Below the pieces are notes generated by a model, which saw nothing but the letters and a program-made list of their open reading frames with translations, made no database searches and was not told where the DNA came from. A stretch of DNA of 64,000 bases, taken from IMG/VR virus record IMGVR_UViG_3300033061_000668, positions 3,303 to 67,302 of that record, one strand, 5' to 3'. The translations under genes and the position numbers were made by a program. Source of the stretch: a virus. Its lineage: Duplodnaviria > Caudoviricetes. Below are positions 1-7,936 of this stretch, piece by piece (the stretch's first letter is position 1; each line of letters begins with the position of its first letter).

Positions 1-302
1 GACGCTTTCTTGGCAATAACTGCTGTACCCGTATCGATCGCCTTGAACTCCTTGCCGTCGATGATTACGGTACTGCCATACGGTATAATCTTAGGGTCGA
101 CAGCGCACGTTCTTCCAGACTTTAGAGTATACCCCGTCGAGGATTTGAACCTTGAGGTATCCGGGTCTTGACCAACCCAATAAGCTGTGAGCCTCACCTT
201 AATTTTTTTGGCAGGCTTTTTAGGCTGCGTTTCAATTAATACATTGGAAGCCAACGTAGGAACTGAAAACAGCATAGCTAGGGCTATGGCTATATTTCTC
301 AT
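1..302 (-). CDS. 3D-domain (MltA-like) cell-wall protein with signal peptide, truncated by window start
   Basis: Not in ORF track. Manual translation from ATG 302: MRNIAIALAMLFSVPTLAS...VRLTAYW...CAVDPKIIPYGSTVIIDGKEFKAIDTGTAV; AVDP-IPYGS-A-DTG is the 3D signature. Confidence 0.75.
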   Translation of the reverse strand, partial: MRNIAIALAMLFSVPTLASNVLIETQPKKPAKKIKVRLTAYWVGQDPDTSRFKSSTGYTLKSGRTCAVDPKIIPYGSTVIIDGKEFKAIDTGTAVIAKKA

Positions 303-329
303 AAGCAGTGTTTCAAGCGTGGAACCAGC

Positions 330-2459
330 CTAAACAGCCGGAGCCGCCTCGTCAACAGGGATCTTCCAGAGTACCTTGCCCTGGATCGTCACCCGTTCGA
401 TACCTTTAGTCGTCATTAGCTTTGCCAACCGCTGGCCCATCTTCTCCGGAGTGGAGGCGTAATGGCGGGTAAGATTGGTAAGGCTTTGATCATTCAGCAT
501 CTGGTTAAGTAGCTGGGTAGCTGAACCCTTCCATGTTCTTTCCTTTGGGTTGGCCTGGTTGAATCCGATAAGAAATTCGTCCAGTAACTCCGAAAAGGCA
601 TGGTTAGGATGGGTAGTCCTGGTATCCTCTAGGATATCGGCATGGTGGTAGCACTTAACTTGGAACCGATTTGAGCACTTAAGCTCCTCCGGAATCTCAA
701 AGTCAGTCAACCATCTTGCAAACGCTGGAAGCTCACCGTCTAAGATACGCTGTAGTTCTTGAGAGTGGGGAAAGTCCATACCCTTAGACGACGCCTTGAA
801 CAACATAAGCTTGTCCAAGATACTCGCGTCTGTGTATGGAACCGCCCGCATGGAGTCGGGATCGTCGTTCAATGTAACGAATACCCTACCCGACCATTCG
901 ATGGTGGCAGGATTCTTCCACATGGCGCGGTAACGATGGCGACGATTGGCAACAAACTTCTTCACCGTATTGGAGAAAAGCAAGTGCTTCTCGTGGCTCG
1001 TCGAAGCAATGGTATCGTCGACGTTGAGTACGCCCACCTCGAACATCTCCGAGTTGAACTCGCTTTCCCCGGAGATATGCCCCGAGGCGTCGCAACCACC
1101 ACCCATCAGTCTGGATACAATCTGAGTACCCATGAGCGTCTTACCAACTCCCACCGGACCGGCGATAAAGATCGCCTGACCTTGTGACTGCTTTCCCGAC
1201 TTGGCAGATACGTAGAAGTGGTGAAGCCATGCTAGGAAGTACTGGAGGGAATCGTGCGGATTAAAGAACCCATCGAGGAACTTTGCGATCCAAGGGAATC
1301 CATCGCCCCACTTCTCACAGACTTCAGTCCTAGGTTCTAGAACTTTGACCCGCGAGATGTTGAGAACGGTACGTCCGCCCATGTAAACCACTTCCTCTTT
1401 GCTAAACAGGATTGGACCGGCATCGTCAACCCGCCGTGTTTCGCGCACACGCAAAACCGTCTGATCGACTTCACACATTCCACCTCGTTGCATTGGAGCA
1501 AGAGACAGTCCGTAGATACCAGCAATATCCTTGCGGGTAGTCTCGGAGTCTGTATCGCGCCAGATGCCGCGACCGTCCTGCCTCCAATAACGCTTGCCGT
1601 CGAAGTAATAGTTAGCCAGAGGCGCGCCTAAACGATCCTCTTCGAACTCCTTGACCCAGCCAGCACCGAGAATTTCAGCCCAGCTATAAAAACTCTTGTC
1701 CTGCGAGAAGCTGACGATACCGGTGGGAGTAACCACGCAAGCAGTAGGGTTATCCGAAGTCGCAGTCCAGAACGCATTAGTTCTACCGTTCACTTCGAGA
1801 TTGCCCAGCAACTTGTCGGGGTACATTTCATGTACGCGATTACGCACACGATCCATCGGGATCTCAACTGGGCCTTCCCCGCGGTACTTATGGTCAGCGT
1901 CGATCGTCGAAGCAAACCAACTATACAAAGTCTCTGTCCTTAAAGGGACATCTCCTACTTTGGTCATCGGTACATACCAAGCGTAGTACTGCTCGGGCTT
2001 AACATGATTGTCATCAAGCCCAGCAAACAAACGCTTCGCTCCCAGCTCTTTGGCGACTCGCTTTAAGAATGCTGGAAGCAGACCTACCGGAATCTGCATT
2101 GGGGTTTCAAACATCCAGATGACCCGCGCACCCCCACTCGGAGTGCGGTGAGCGTACATAGGCTTTAGTCCAGCTTTGGCTTTAGCTCCAACACCAGATA
2201 TAAACTCTTCGGATGTAAGTTCACAATCATAGTCTGCAATAAACGCGTGCATCTTTGCTGGCGGATTGTCTCTGGTGACACGCATAGCTGCGGCACGACC
2301 TTCGAATCCACTAACAAACATTCCATCAGTTGAATTCTGAACGGCCCAACGTTTTGCAACTTCTGGCTCAAGACTCGGTGGCTGGTTTACATTACCATCC
2401 CAAGGTGTGCATGGGCTGGCAATCGAGGACGATAAATTAGGTATACGAAAAAGGTTCAT
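330..2459 (-). CDS. Primase-polymerase (AEP-like) fused to SF3/NrS-1-type helicase
   Basis: N-terminal IADYDC and HRTPSGGARVIW motifs; C-terminal Walker A GPVGVGKT and Walker B LNVDD. Start moved from 2516 to ATG 2459, which overlaps the polymerase stop (ATGA). Confidence 0.8.
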   Translation of the reverse strand: MNLFRIPNLSSSIASPCTPWDGNVNQPPSLEPEVAKRWAVQNSTDGMFVSGFEGRAAAMRVTRDNPPAKMHAFIADYDCELTSEEFISGVGAKAKAGLKPMYAHRTPSGGARVIWMFETPMQIPVGLLPAFLKRVAKELGAKRLFAGLDDNHVKPEQYYAWYVPMTKVGDVPLRTETLYSWFASTIDADHKYRGEGPVEIPMDRVRNRVHEMYPDKLLGNLEVNGRTNAFWTATSDNPTACVVTPTGIVSFSQDKSFYSWAEILGAGWVKEFEEDRLGAPLANYYFDGKRYWRQDGRGIWRDTDSETTRKDIAGIYGLSLAPMQRGGMCEVDQTVLRVRETRRVDDAGPILFSKEEVVYMGGRTVLNISRVKVLEPRTEVCEKWGDGFPWIAKFLDGFFNPHDSLQYFLAWLHHFYVSAKSGKQSQGQAIFIAGPVGVGKTLMGTQIVSRLMGGGCDASGHISGESEFNSEMFEVGVLNVDDTIASTSHEKHLLFSNTVKKFVANRRHRYRAMWKNPATIEWSGRVFVTLNDDPDSMRAVPYTDASILDKLMLFKASSKGMDFPHSQELQRILDGELPAFARWLTDFEIPEELKCSNRFQVKCYHHADILEDTRTTHPNHAFSELLDEFLIGFNQANPKERTWKGSATQLLNQMLNDQSLTNLTRHYASTPEKMGQRLAKLMTTKGIERVTIQGKVLWKIPVDEAAPAV

Positions 2460-4246
2460 TTTTTGTACCTCACTGCATCTGTCGCTTCCGCACCTATTGG
2501 ACACCCATCCAACCATTCAGGACAGACGCTCATGAGACGTTCAATCTCACCAGCCGAAATAGAATTGTCAACTTCGCAAACAGCCTCGTCGTGAATATGC
2601 ATGACGACAGGGAAACCAGCTTTTTCCAAACGCAATACCGCTGCGCCCATGACGTCGCGAGCTACAGCCTGGACAAGATTCTCGCACAGCTTCCCTCCGT
2701 AGAATGGGATTTGTGGCCCTCCTCTTTCTACGCTAGCCGTCCATGCCGCTTTCCTAGCTTTACCACTTTTATCATACTTCTGCTTGTCTGGCCATTGCGA
2801 CATGATATTGCGGTAGGTAAGAACGCGACCGCTTGGAAGACCCACTTCCAACTGCTTGTCTGCTTTAGCCCGTTGGAAGTCGCCCTCCAGCTTGCGCCAC
2901 AAGTCCAAGATAGGTTGATTTCTGGTACGAAAATCATTGACGATCATATTTGATTTTGTTTCCGTAATGTCGATTCCGTATTGCATCTTGGCAATAAGAG
3001 CAAACTTCTTTGCCCCGGCACCGTAGCCAAGGCCAAGCACCATCGCCTTTACCAATTGATACAATGGAGCGTCAGTCTTTTTCAATGTCCCTTTTGGGCC
3101 ATTCCATAAACTCATGTTCTTAGCAGCCGCCTCATAGATGCCATAACCGTTCCTGATTGCGTCTAAAAGTCCTTCGTTACCAGACAACCAAGCAAGTACT
3201 CGAGGCTCAATCTGAGCCAAGTCACATATAACAAACTTCTTACCTGGCCGGGGTACGATGCAACCTCTTAGGTCTACTCCAAACATTTCATTGCGAGGAA
3301 GATTCTGAACGTTGAACTTTGAGTCACCAGACCAACGACCAGTATGAGCGCCCATATATTTCAATCCATAGCTCATCGTTCCGTCTGGTTTGATACGACC
3401 CTGCATGACCTTTAGCTTAGCCAGCAAAGAGTTTGCCTTACGCCAATCACGCATTATCCCAACAAATGGAACTTGCTCACCGTACTGAGATTCCCACAAC
3501 GCGCACTCCTCAGAGTTCTCCGCCAAAGACGTAGGCCATGGAATACCAGCTTTCGCACACTCTCTTCGAAATGCCTTCGTTGAAAGAACCACTCCGTCTG
3601 TTTCATCGATCCATGGTAATGAGTTCTCGCTCTCCCAAGTAACTTTTTGAAGAGCCTTAATCCCAGCGGAAACAGCATCTTGGTCAACCTGAATCCCGCG
3701 CCAGCCCATCTCAATGGTGTGTTTCGAAAGCTCGGACTCCGCCGGAAGCATATCGCTAGAGAACTTCTCATAAATACCAAGACATGCTTTGGCATCCTGG
3801 CGAGCATACTCCAGCACTTCTTTTCCAAACTCAGTACCATCGACATCACTCCACTTCTTGGAGTGCATCTTGTCACGAGGATCTTTGTCGATATGACGAT
3901 CTAGCAATTCCCTGGAGGCACCCAACAAGTTACGTGGAGCTCCCACGGCAACCGAAAGGTTTGCAGTACAGTTCCAAGCTACAGGCTTGGCTTGAACACA
4001 TCCTTGTTCCCGCAACCTTTCGATCACCGCGCCGTCGAAGCTGTAGTTATGAGCTACCCACTTGTGGCCATCAATCTTGGCCCACGGGGCTTTTTTAGGA
4101 CAGCCTACGTAGTCAACATCCGGTCCCTGAATCGCAACCATATAAATGTCTGAGGCTGGACTACGCAAATAGTGCCACTGCCCAAGTGTAGTGATTGATG
4201 TTTCCTTGTCGTAATATGTTTCAAAGTCAATTGCATATGTATTCAT
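2456..4246 (-). CDS. polA: Family A DNA polymerase with 3'-5' exonuclease
   Basis: ExoI IDFETY, ExoII AHNYSFD; motif A CDLAQIEPRV, motif B KAMVLGLGYG, motif C HIHDE. Confidence 0.93.
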   Translation of the reverse strand: MNTYAIDFETYYDKETSITTLGQWHYLRSPASDIYMVAIQGPDVDYVGCPKKAPWAKIDGHKWVAHNYSFDGAVIERLREQGCVQAKPVAWNCTANLSVAVGAPRNLLGASRELLDRHIDKDPRDKMHSKKWSDVDGTEFGKEVLEYARQDAKACLGIYEKFSSDMLPAESELSKHTIEMGWRGIQVDQDAVSAGIKALQKVTWESENSLPWIDETDGVVLSTKAFRRECAKAGIPWPTSLAENSEECALWESQYGEQVPFVGIMRDWRKANSLLAKLKVMQGRIKPDGTMSYGLKYMGAHTGRWSGDSKFNVQNLPRNEMFGVDLRGCIVPRPGKKFVICDLAQIEPRVLAWLSGNEGLLDAIRNGYGIYEAAAKNMSLWNGPKGTLKKTDAPLYQLVKAMVLGLGYGAGAKKFALIAKMQYGIDITETKSNMIVNDFRTRNQPILDLWRKLEGDFQRAKADKQLEVGLPSGRVLTYRNIMSQWPDKQKYDKSGKARKAAWTASVERGGPQIPFYGGKLCENLVQAVARDVMGAAVLRLEKAGFPVVMHIHDEAVCEVDNSISAGEIERLMSVCPEWLDGCPIGAEATDAVRYKK

Positions 4247-4539
4247 TTTGATTTTTTGTATTTTTTATTTGAGAACATTTCTTCAAAAACCACAAGGCGC
4301 CCAAGCATATCAGACACCTGAGTCGTGATTTCATCGTAAGTGTTCGTTCCTTCTGCTTTTTTTCTTTTGTTTAATAATATTTCCAAGGCATGAAGAATAA
4401 GATCGGCTACCTCGGCGGGTTTTATCCCACCATTAAGCAAAACCGAATACTCAGCCTCGATTGCATCGCGATGCCCACCCACGAATGGGTATGGAATCAC
4501 GGTGAATTCTTCGGCCAGTTGAGCACTGGCAGAAGACAT
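4243..4539 (-). CDS. Hypothetical protein
   Basis: 98 aa, coupled to neighbours by start/stop overlaps. Confidence 0.65.
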   Translation of the reverse strand: MSSASAQLAEEFTVIPYPFVGGHRDAIEAEYSVLLNGGIKPAEVADLILHALEILLNKRKKAEGTNTYDEITTQVSDMLGRLVVFEEMFSNKKYKKSK

Positions 4540-4883
4540 TAGTCTATGATAATGCTAGAGTCTTTATCTCGGGTTTCAGGTCCCTCTTCGGGTTGAATCA
4601 AACCTTTTTTCCTGAGATATTCTTCATCCATTGGTATAGAAGTTGGTACTCCGTTTTTATCCAGAATAGATGATTCTTGTTCCGGAATAGGTTGTGCAAT
4701 TTTTTCCATTTTACGGAATCCTTCTCCACCTAATAGACCATTGAGAAGATTTACAACGTGAGGAAAAAGTCCTGTAAGAACATCTTTTTCCACACTGTTG
4801 GCATCACTATCGTAAGGCAGAACCTCTACGCTAATCTTGTCAGTTCCCTCTTGGTTTTCAATTCTAATACCTAGCTCAATCAT
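4539..4883 (-). CDS. Hypothetical protein
   Basis: 114 aa, coupled in operon. Confidence 0.65.
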   Translation of the reverse strand: MIELGIRIENQEGTDKISVEVLPYDSDANSVEKDVLTGLFPHVVNLLNGLLGGEGFRKMEKIAQPIPEQESSILDKNGVPTSIPMDEEYLRKKGLIQPEEGPETRDKDSSIIID

Positions 4884-5188
4884 TTATTTTCTTCTTTCTG
4901 ATGTGGTAGTAATTCGAGGACGGCTGACCTGACCTTGTGTCGGAATGACGAGCATTCCTCTTCAAGATCTGCCATAGAGCCAAGGAGTTCCTGGCAGAAC
5001 TCCCTTAGCCCTTCGTTCTCATTTTCTAACCGCCCATTCTCCTCCACAAGAGTAGAGGCGGTTTTATGGTTTGCTTCCGCCAGATCTGTTACACGTTTGT
5101 AAAACTGATGGACACGATGGATCTCTCTCTGCATAAAAACAGGCTGATCGCTCATAGCTTCTTTATCAATAATAGCGTCAATGCTCAT
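4880..5188 (-). CDS. Hypothetical coiled-coil protein
   Basis: Heptad-like helix; start placed at ATG 5188 (MSIDAII), which overlaps the stop of the upstream small ORF. Confidence 0.6.
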   Translation of the reverse strand: MSIDAIIDKEAMSDQPVFMQREIHRVHQFYKRVTDLAEANHKTASTLVEENGRLENENEGLREFCQELLGSMADLEEECSSFRHKVRSAVLELLPHQKEENK

Positions 5189-5328
5189 ATGCGAGCCTCC
5201 CGGCTTAAAACAATGCGAGGTTCTTTCGTGTTCTTTAGGCATAAAAATCCTTCCTTTAAAAGGTAATCCAATTCTGCAACAATCTCTTTTGCAAGTCTAT
5301 CGTTTTCTAGATCGCTTTGATTTTCCAC
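5185..5328 (-). CDS. Small hypothetical protein (47 aa)
   Basis: Below ORF-track cutoff; GTG start, VENQSDLENDRLAKEIVAELDYLLKEG...; stop overlaps next ATG. Confidence 0.4.
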   Translation of the reverse strand: MENQSDLENDRLAKEIVAELDYLLKEGFLCLKNTKEPRIVLSREARI

Positions 5329-5434
5329 TTAACACCTTACCTTTCTTTTTTGGCATGGTTGTACTTTTTGTTTCTGTTTCGGGAGTTTCCAAATAGGGAA
5401 ACCCAGTTTTCTTCCAAACCCAATGAAATATCAT
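5297..5434 (-). CDS. Small basic hypothetical protein (45 aa)
   Basis: MIFHWVWKKTGFPYL...KSKRSRKR; ATG overlaps upstream stop (ATGA). Confidence 0.4.
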   Translation of the reverse strand: MIFHWVWKKTGFPYLETPETETKSTTMPKKKGKVLSGKSKRSRKR

Positions 5435-5613
5435 TTCTTTACTTCCTTTCTTCCTTTTTCTAGCAGCTCCATATATTGATCGGCATGTTCATTATCTACA
5501 AAAAATGAAATAGAACTTGTCCGGTCAGTTCCTGGTTCTGTTCCAAAAACAACAGAATTAAACCAAAGTTTGCTTATCTTAACAAATACCCACAATAAAA
5601 ATGTGTCAATCAT
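5431..5613 (-). CDS. Hypothetical protein
   Basis: 60 aa, ATGA-coupled on both sides. Confidence 0.55.
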   Translation of the reverse strand: MIDTFLLWVFVKISKLWFNSVVFGTEPGTDRTSSISFFVDNEHADQYMELLEKGRKEVKK

Positions 5614-5912
5614 GTTATTTTTCCTCTTTTACATTTAAATAATAAGAAAGCAGCTCTTACTAAAGCCCTTTCCAAATGATCAATTGGTGTCTCTCCATTT
5701 GCGTCCGGGTCTTGCCTATTTCCGTCAATTTGCATCATGGCCTGACATATATGGTTAATAACCCTATCAGAATTATAACGTCTAGAATCTTTATCAAACC
5801 ATTCCCCAAAAGCGCTTTTATCAGAACCTTTTTCCATAATCTTAGTTACCGTAGTAAAAGCTTCTGAAGCCACCTCATGAATTGAAGGAGGAACTATTTT
5901 GTTTTGACCCAT
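5610..5912 (-). CDS. Putative dATP/dGTP diphosphohydrolase-like domain protein (DUF5664-like)
   Basis: Pattern VTKIMEKG-K...W...NH...DPDANGE...HLERA...FLL resembles DUF5664; the KYG motif is degenerate (KSA). Confidence 0.5.
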   Translation of the reverse strand: MGQNKIVPPSIHEVASEAFTTVTKIMEKGSDKSAFGEWFDKDSRRYNSDRVINHICQAMMQIDGNRQDPDANGETPIDHLERALVRAAFLLFKCKRGKIT

Positions 5913-5982
5913 ACACCCTTTACTTGCGTTACATTTTGAAATTTTGATTCCAGTAGTTCAGAAAAGAATTCAATTGCTTGGC

Positions 5983-6065
5983 GGAGGACGTCCGGTGTTT
6001 CACGCGGCAGGACACACCTAACCTGTCGACGCTTCTCGCGCCGCACCATGCCGGAACGTCTCCCC
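5983..6065 (-). ncRNA. Putative structured RNA element downstream of SSB-like gene
   Basis: GGGG-A-GACGU-U-CCGG pairs with CCGG-ACGUC-CUCC; inner GCGGC/GCCGC stem with sub-hairpins; GC-rich island in an intergenic gap. Confidence 0.45.
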
Positions 6066-6077
6066 TTTTTCATCTAT

Positions 6078-6794
6078 TTAGATCAAGCTGGAAGCCCAAG
6101 CCTGGAACTCGTCATTGTTCGTTCCAGCCAACTTGAACGTGGGCGTAAACCAGCTACCCATCGTGTTGGTATTTAGCTTGCTGCTAACTTGATACCGACC
6201 CTTAGTCAATCCACCACGAAGGACGGTCTGACTGTCGGTTAGCAACTGACGACCCGCTCCGCGGTACGCACTCTTGGTGAGATTGTACTGCGCCAGCGCG
6301 TAGTTCTTTTTATCCGGTCCCTCAAGAGAGAAGATCGGATTCTTATCTTTCGGCTCTGCAACCAAAAGGGTCAAGACAAGGAACGGAATATACCGATCCA
6401 CATCATCCGACTCGGAGATATCCAAAGTTCCACCCGCAGCTTCTACCTCGGCTTGCGAGGCAAAAATCTTTGGGATGACATCCGTCCCATAAGGGATTTC
6501 TTGGATGTATTTCTTTTGGATGTGAGTGATGATGGCTTCCATTGCGGAGTCCTTGCTGCCAACGACCATCTCTTTGTTAAATACAAAGGAGCCCGGTTGA
6601 AAGTTATTGCTAAGGTTGCCAGTCTTACCCACAAGGTTAATCCTAGGGATAAGGAAGTCGGAAGCTTTGAACTCTCCGTCTACCCCAGCGTTACGGTTAG
6701 TGATGGCAGGAGACTTGCTCTCCGCCACAGCTAACGCTTTATCTTCGGTTGCCTCTACGGCTTCTTTATCTTTCTTACTGAATGATGTTTTCAT
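6078..6794 (-). CDS. Putative ssDNA-binding/annealing protein
   Basis: DFLIPRINLVGKT..PG pattern; position between exonuclease and polymerase typical of this module. Confidence 0.5.
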   Translation of the reverse strand: MKTSFSKKDKEAVEATEDKALAVAESKSPAITNRNAGVDGEFKASDFLIPRINLVGKTGNLSNNFQPGSFVFNKEMVVGSKDSAMEAIITHIQKKYIQEIPYGTDVIPKIFASQAEVEAAGGTLDISESDDVDRYIPFLVLTLLVAEPKDKNPIFSLEGPDKKNYALAQYNLTKSAYRGAGRQLLTDSQTVLRGGLTKGRYQVSSKLNTNTMGSWFTPTFKLAGTNNDEFQAWASSLI

Positions 6795-7663
6795 TTTATT
6801 TGTTTTATCTCTTTTATTTCTTTATTTTTTCTTAGTTGATAAGATGGCTCACCACGCGTCATTGCTTCGGCAGCGATGAGGTCATCTTCCAGTTGTTCTT
6901 TCGCCACGGTCTTCTGACCGCGAGGCGCCTTGGCCGCAACTAGATCGGCCAAATCTGTGAACTTAATCTCGCAGGCGGAGCTGAACTCCTCCGGAGTAAG
7001 TTTACCTTTCACCAAATCCCAAGCCTTCTGAGAGTCTTTAATTTCCCTGCGGCCCTGGATTTCCTTTAATCCATATCCTGGGATTTCACCACCCTCTTTA
7101 GCAAATTCTAAATTGTGTTTACGAACGCTTGAACACCAAGCTTCCATGACCATTGCAATGCGTTGGGCTTGAGCCCGACGCTCTGGAGTAGATAACTGGC
7201 TTGGCTGAAATAATTCTGGCAACTGAGCGTCATGCGTCATGTCATAAGCTTTAACGATCTGCATTGTAGCTCCGTGGACTGCTGGGCAGTCTGCTAACTT
7301 GTGGCAGTAAACGCATTGATCCCCAGGTGTGTAGTCGGCTTCTGTATGATTTTTGCATTTGTCGATGATTCCTTTTATTCGTTTGTGTATTTTTTGGTAG
7401 TCTCCCTCACGGGTAAATGTGTGAGTGAAGATAAGATCTAGACGGGGTTGTAAAATGTGTACAGTAACTTCTTTGATATAATCGTGTTTATCAAAAACAC
7501 CGAGAGTATACGCCCACATTTGAGCATTATGTTCCGCATCATCAACGGGGTTAAATCCAAATTTGTAATCAATAAGATGAGCCTTGTTGCCACGAATCAT
7601 TAATCGGTCTACAAAACCCCATTGGTCAAAAACCTCTAGTTTAATTTCTTTTAGATCAAGCAT
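6791..7663 (-). CDS. PD-(D/E)XK exonuclease (DUF2800/Cas4-like), catalytic C-terminal part
   Basis: GFVD...LIDYKFG...NAQMWAYTLG; CxxC (CVYC..DC) cluster. Confidence 0.8.
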   Translation of the reverse strand: MLDLKEIKLEVFDQWGFVDRLMIRGNKAHLIDYKFGFNPVDDAEHNAQMWAYTLGVFDKHDYIKEVTVHILQPRLDLIFTHTFTREGDYQKIHKRIKGIIDKCKNHTEADYTPGDQCVYCHKLADCPAVHGATMQIVKAYDMTHDAQLPELFQPSQLSTPERRAQAQRIAMVMEAWCSSVRKHNLEFAKEGGEIPGYGLKEIQGRREIKDSQKAWDLVKGKLTPEEFSSACEIKFTDLADLVAAKAPRGQKTVAKEQLEDDLIAAEAMTRGEPSYQLRKNKEIKEIKQIK

Positions 7664-7892
7664 TGGTGGATAACTCCGCTCTCAAACGCTCAATATAATC
7701 CAAACACTTCATAACGAGCTTAGTTTCATCAGCATTTAATTTTGAAAAATCAGATACTTCGCAAGCGTAATGCATAGCAGTACCACGCTGAGTAACTATA
7801 TGAACTTCCCCATCCCGTTTAGGTTCGTAACCTGGGCATAATTCCCGGCTTTTTAGAGTGCTAGGGCTATATCTTGCGTGTTGTGTATCCAT
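7656..7892 (-). CDS. PD-(D/E)XK exonuclease, N-terminal part (separate frame)
   Basis: HARYSPS...CPG...RGTAMH is the usual N-terminus of this family; ends at TGA with an 8-nt overlap onto the next ATG in the +1 frame. Confidence 0.7.
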   Translation of the reverse strand: MDTQHARYSPSTLKSRELCPGYEPKRDGEVHIVTQRGTAMHYACEVSDFSKLNADETKLVMKCLDYIERLRAELSTNA

Positions 7893-7905
7893 CAGCGTGC
7901 CGTGG

Positions 7906-7933
7906 ATTGTGACCCCAAAAACCTAATCGTCAA
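7906..7933 (-). promoter_or_regulatory. Sigma70-like promoter TTGACG-N16-CACAAT
   Basis: 13 nt upstream of ATG 7892; member of a recurring promoter family. Confidence 0.6.
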
Positions 7934-7936
7934 GTG

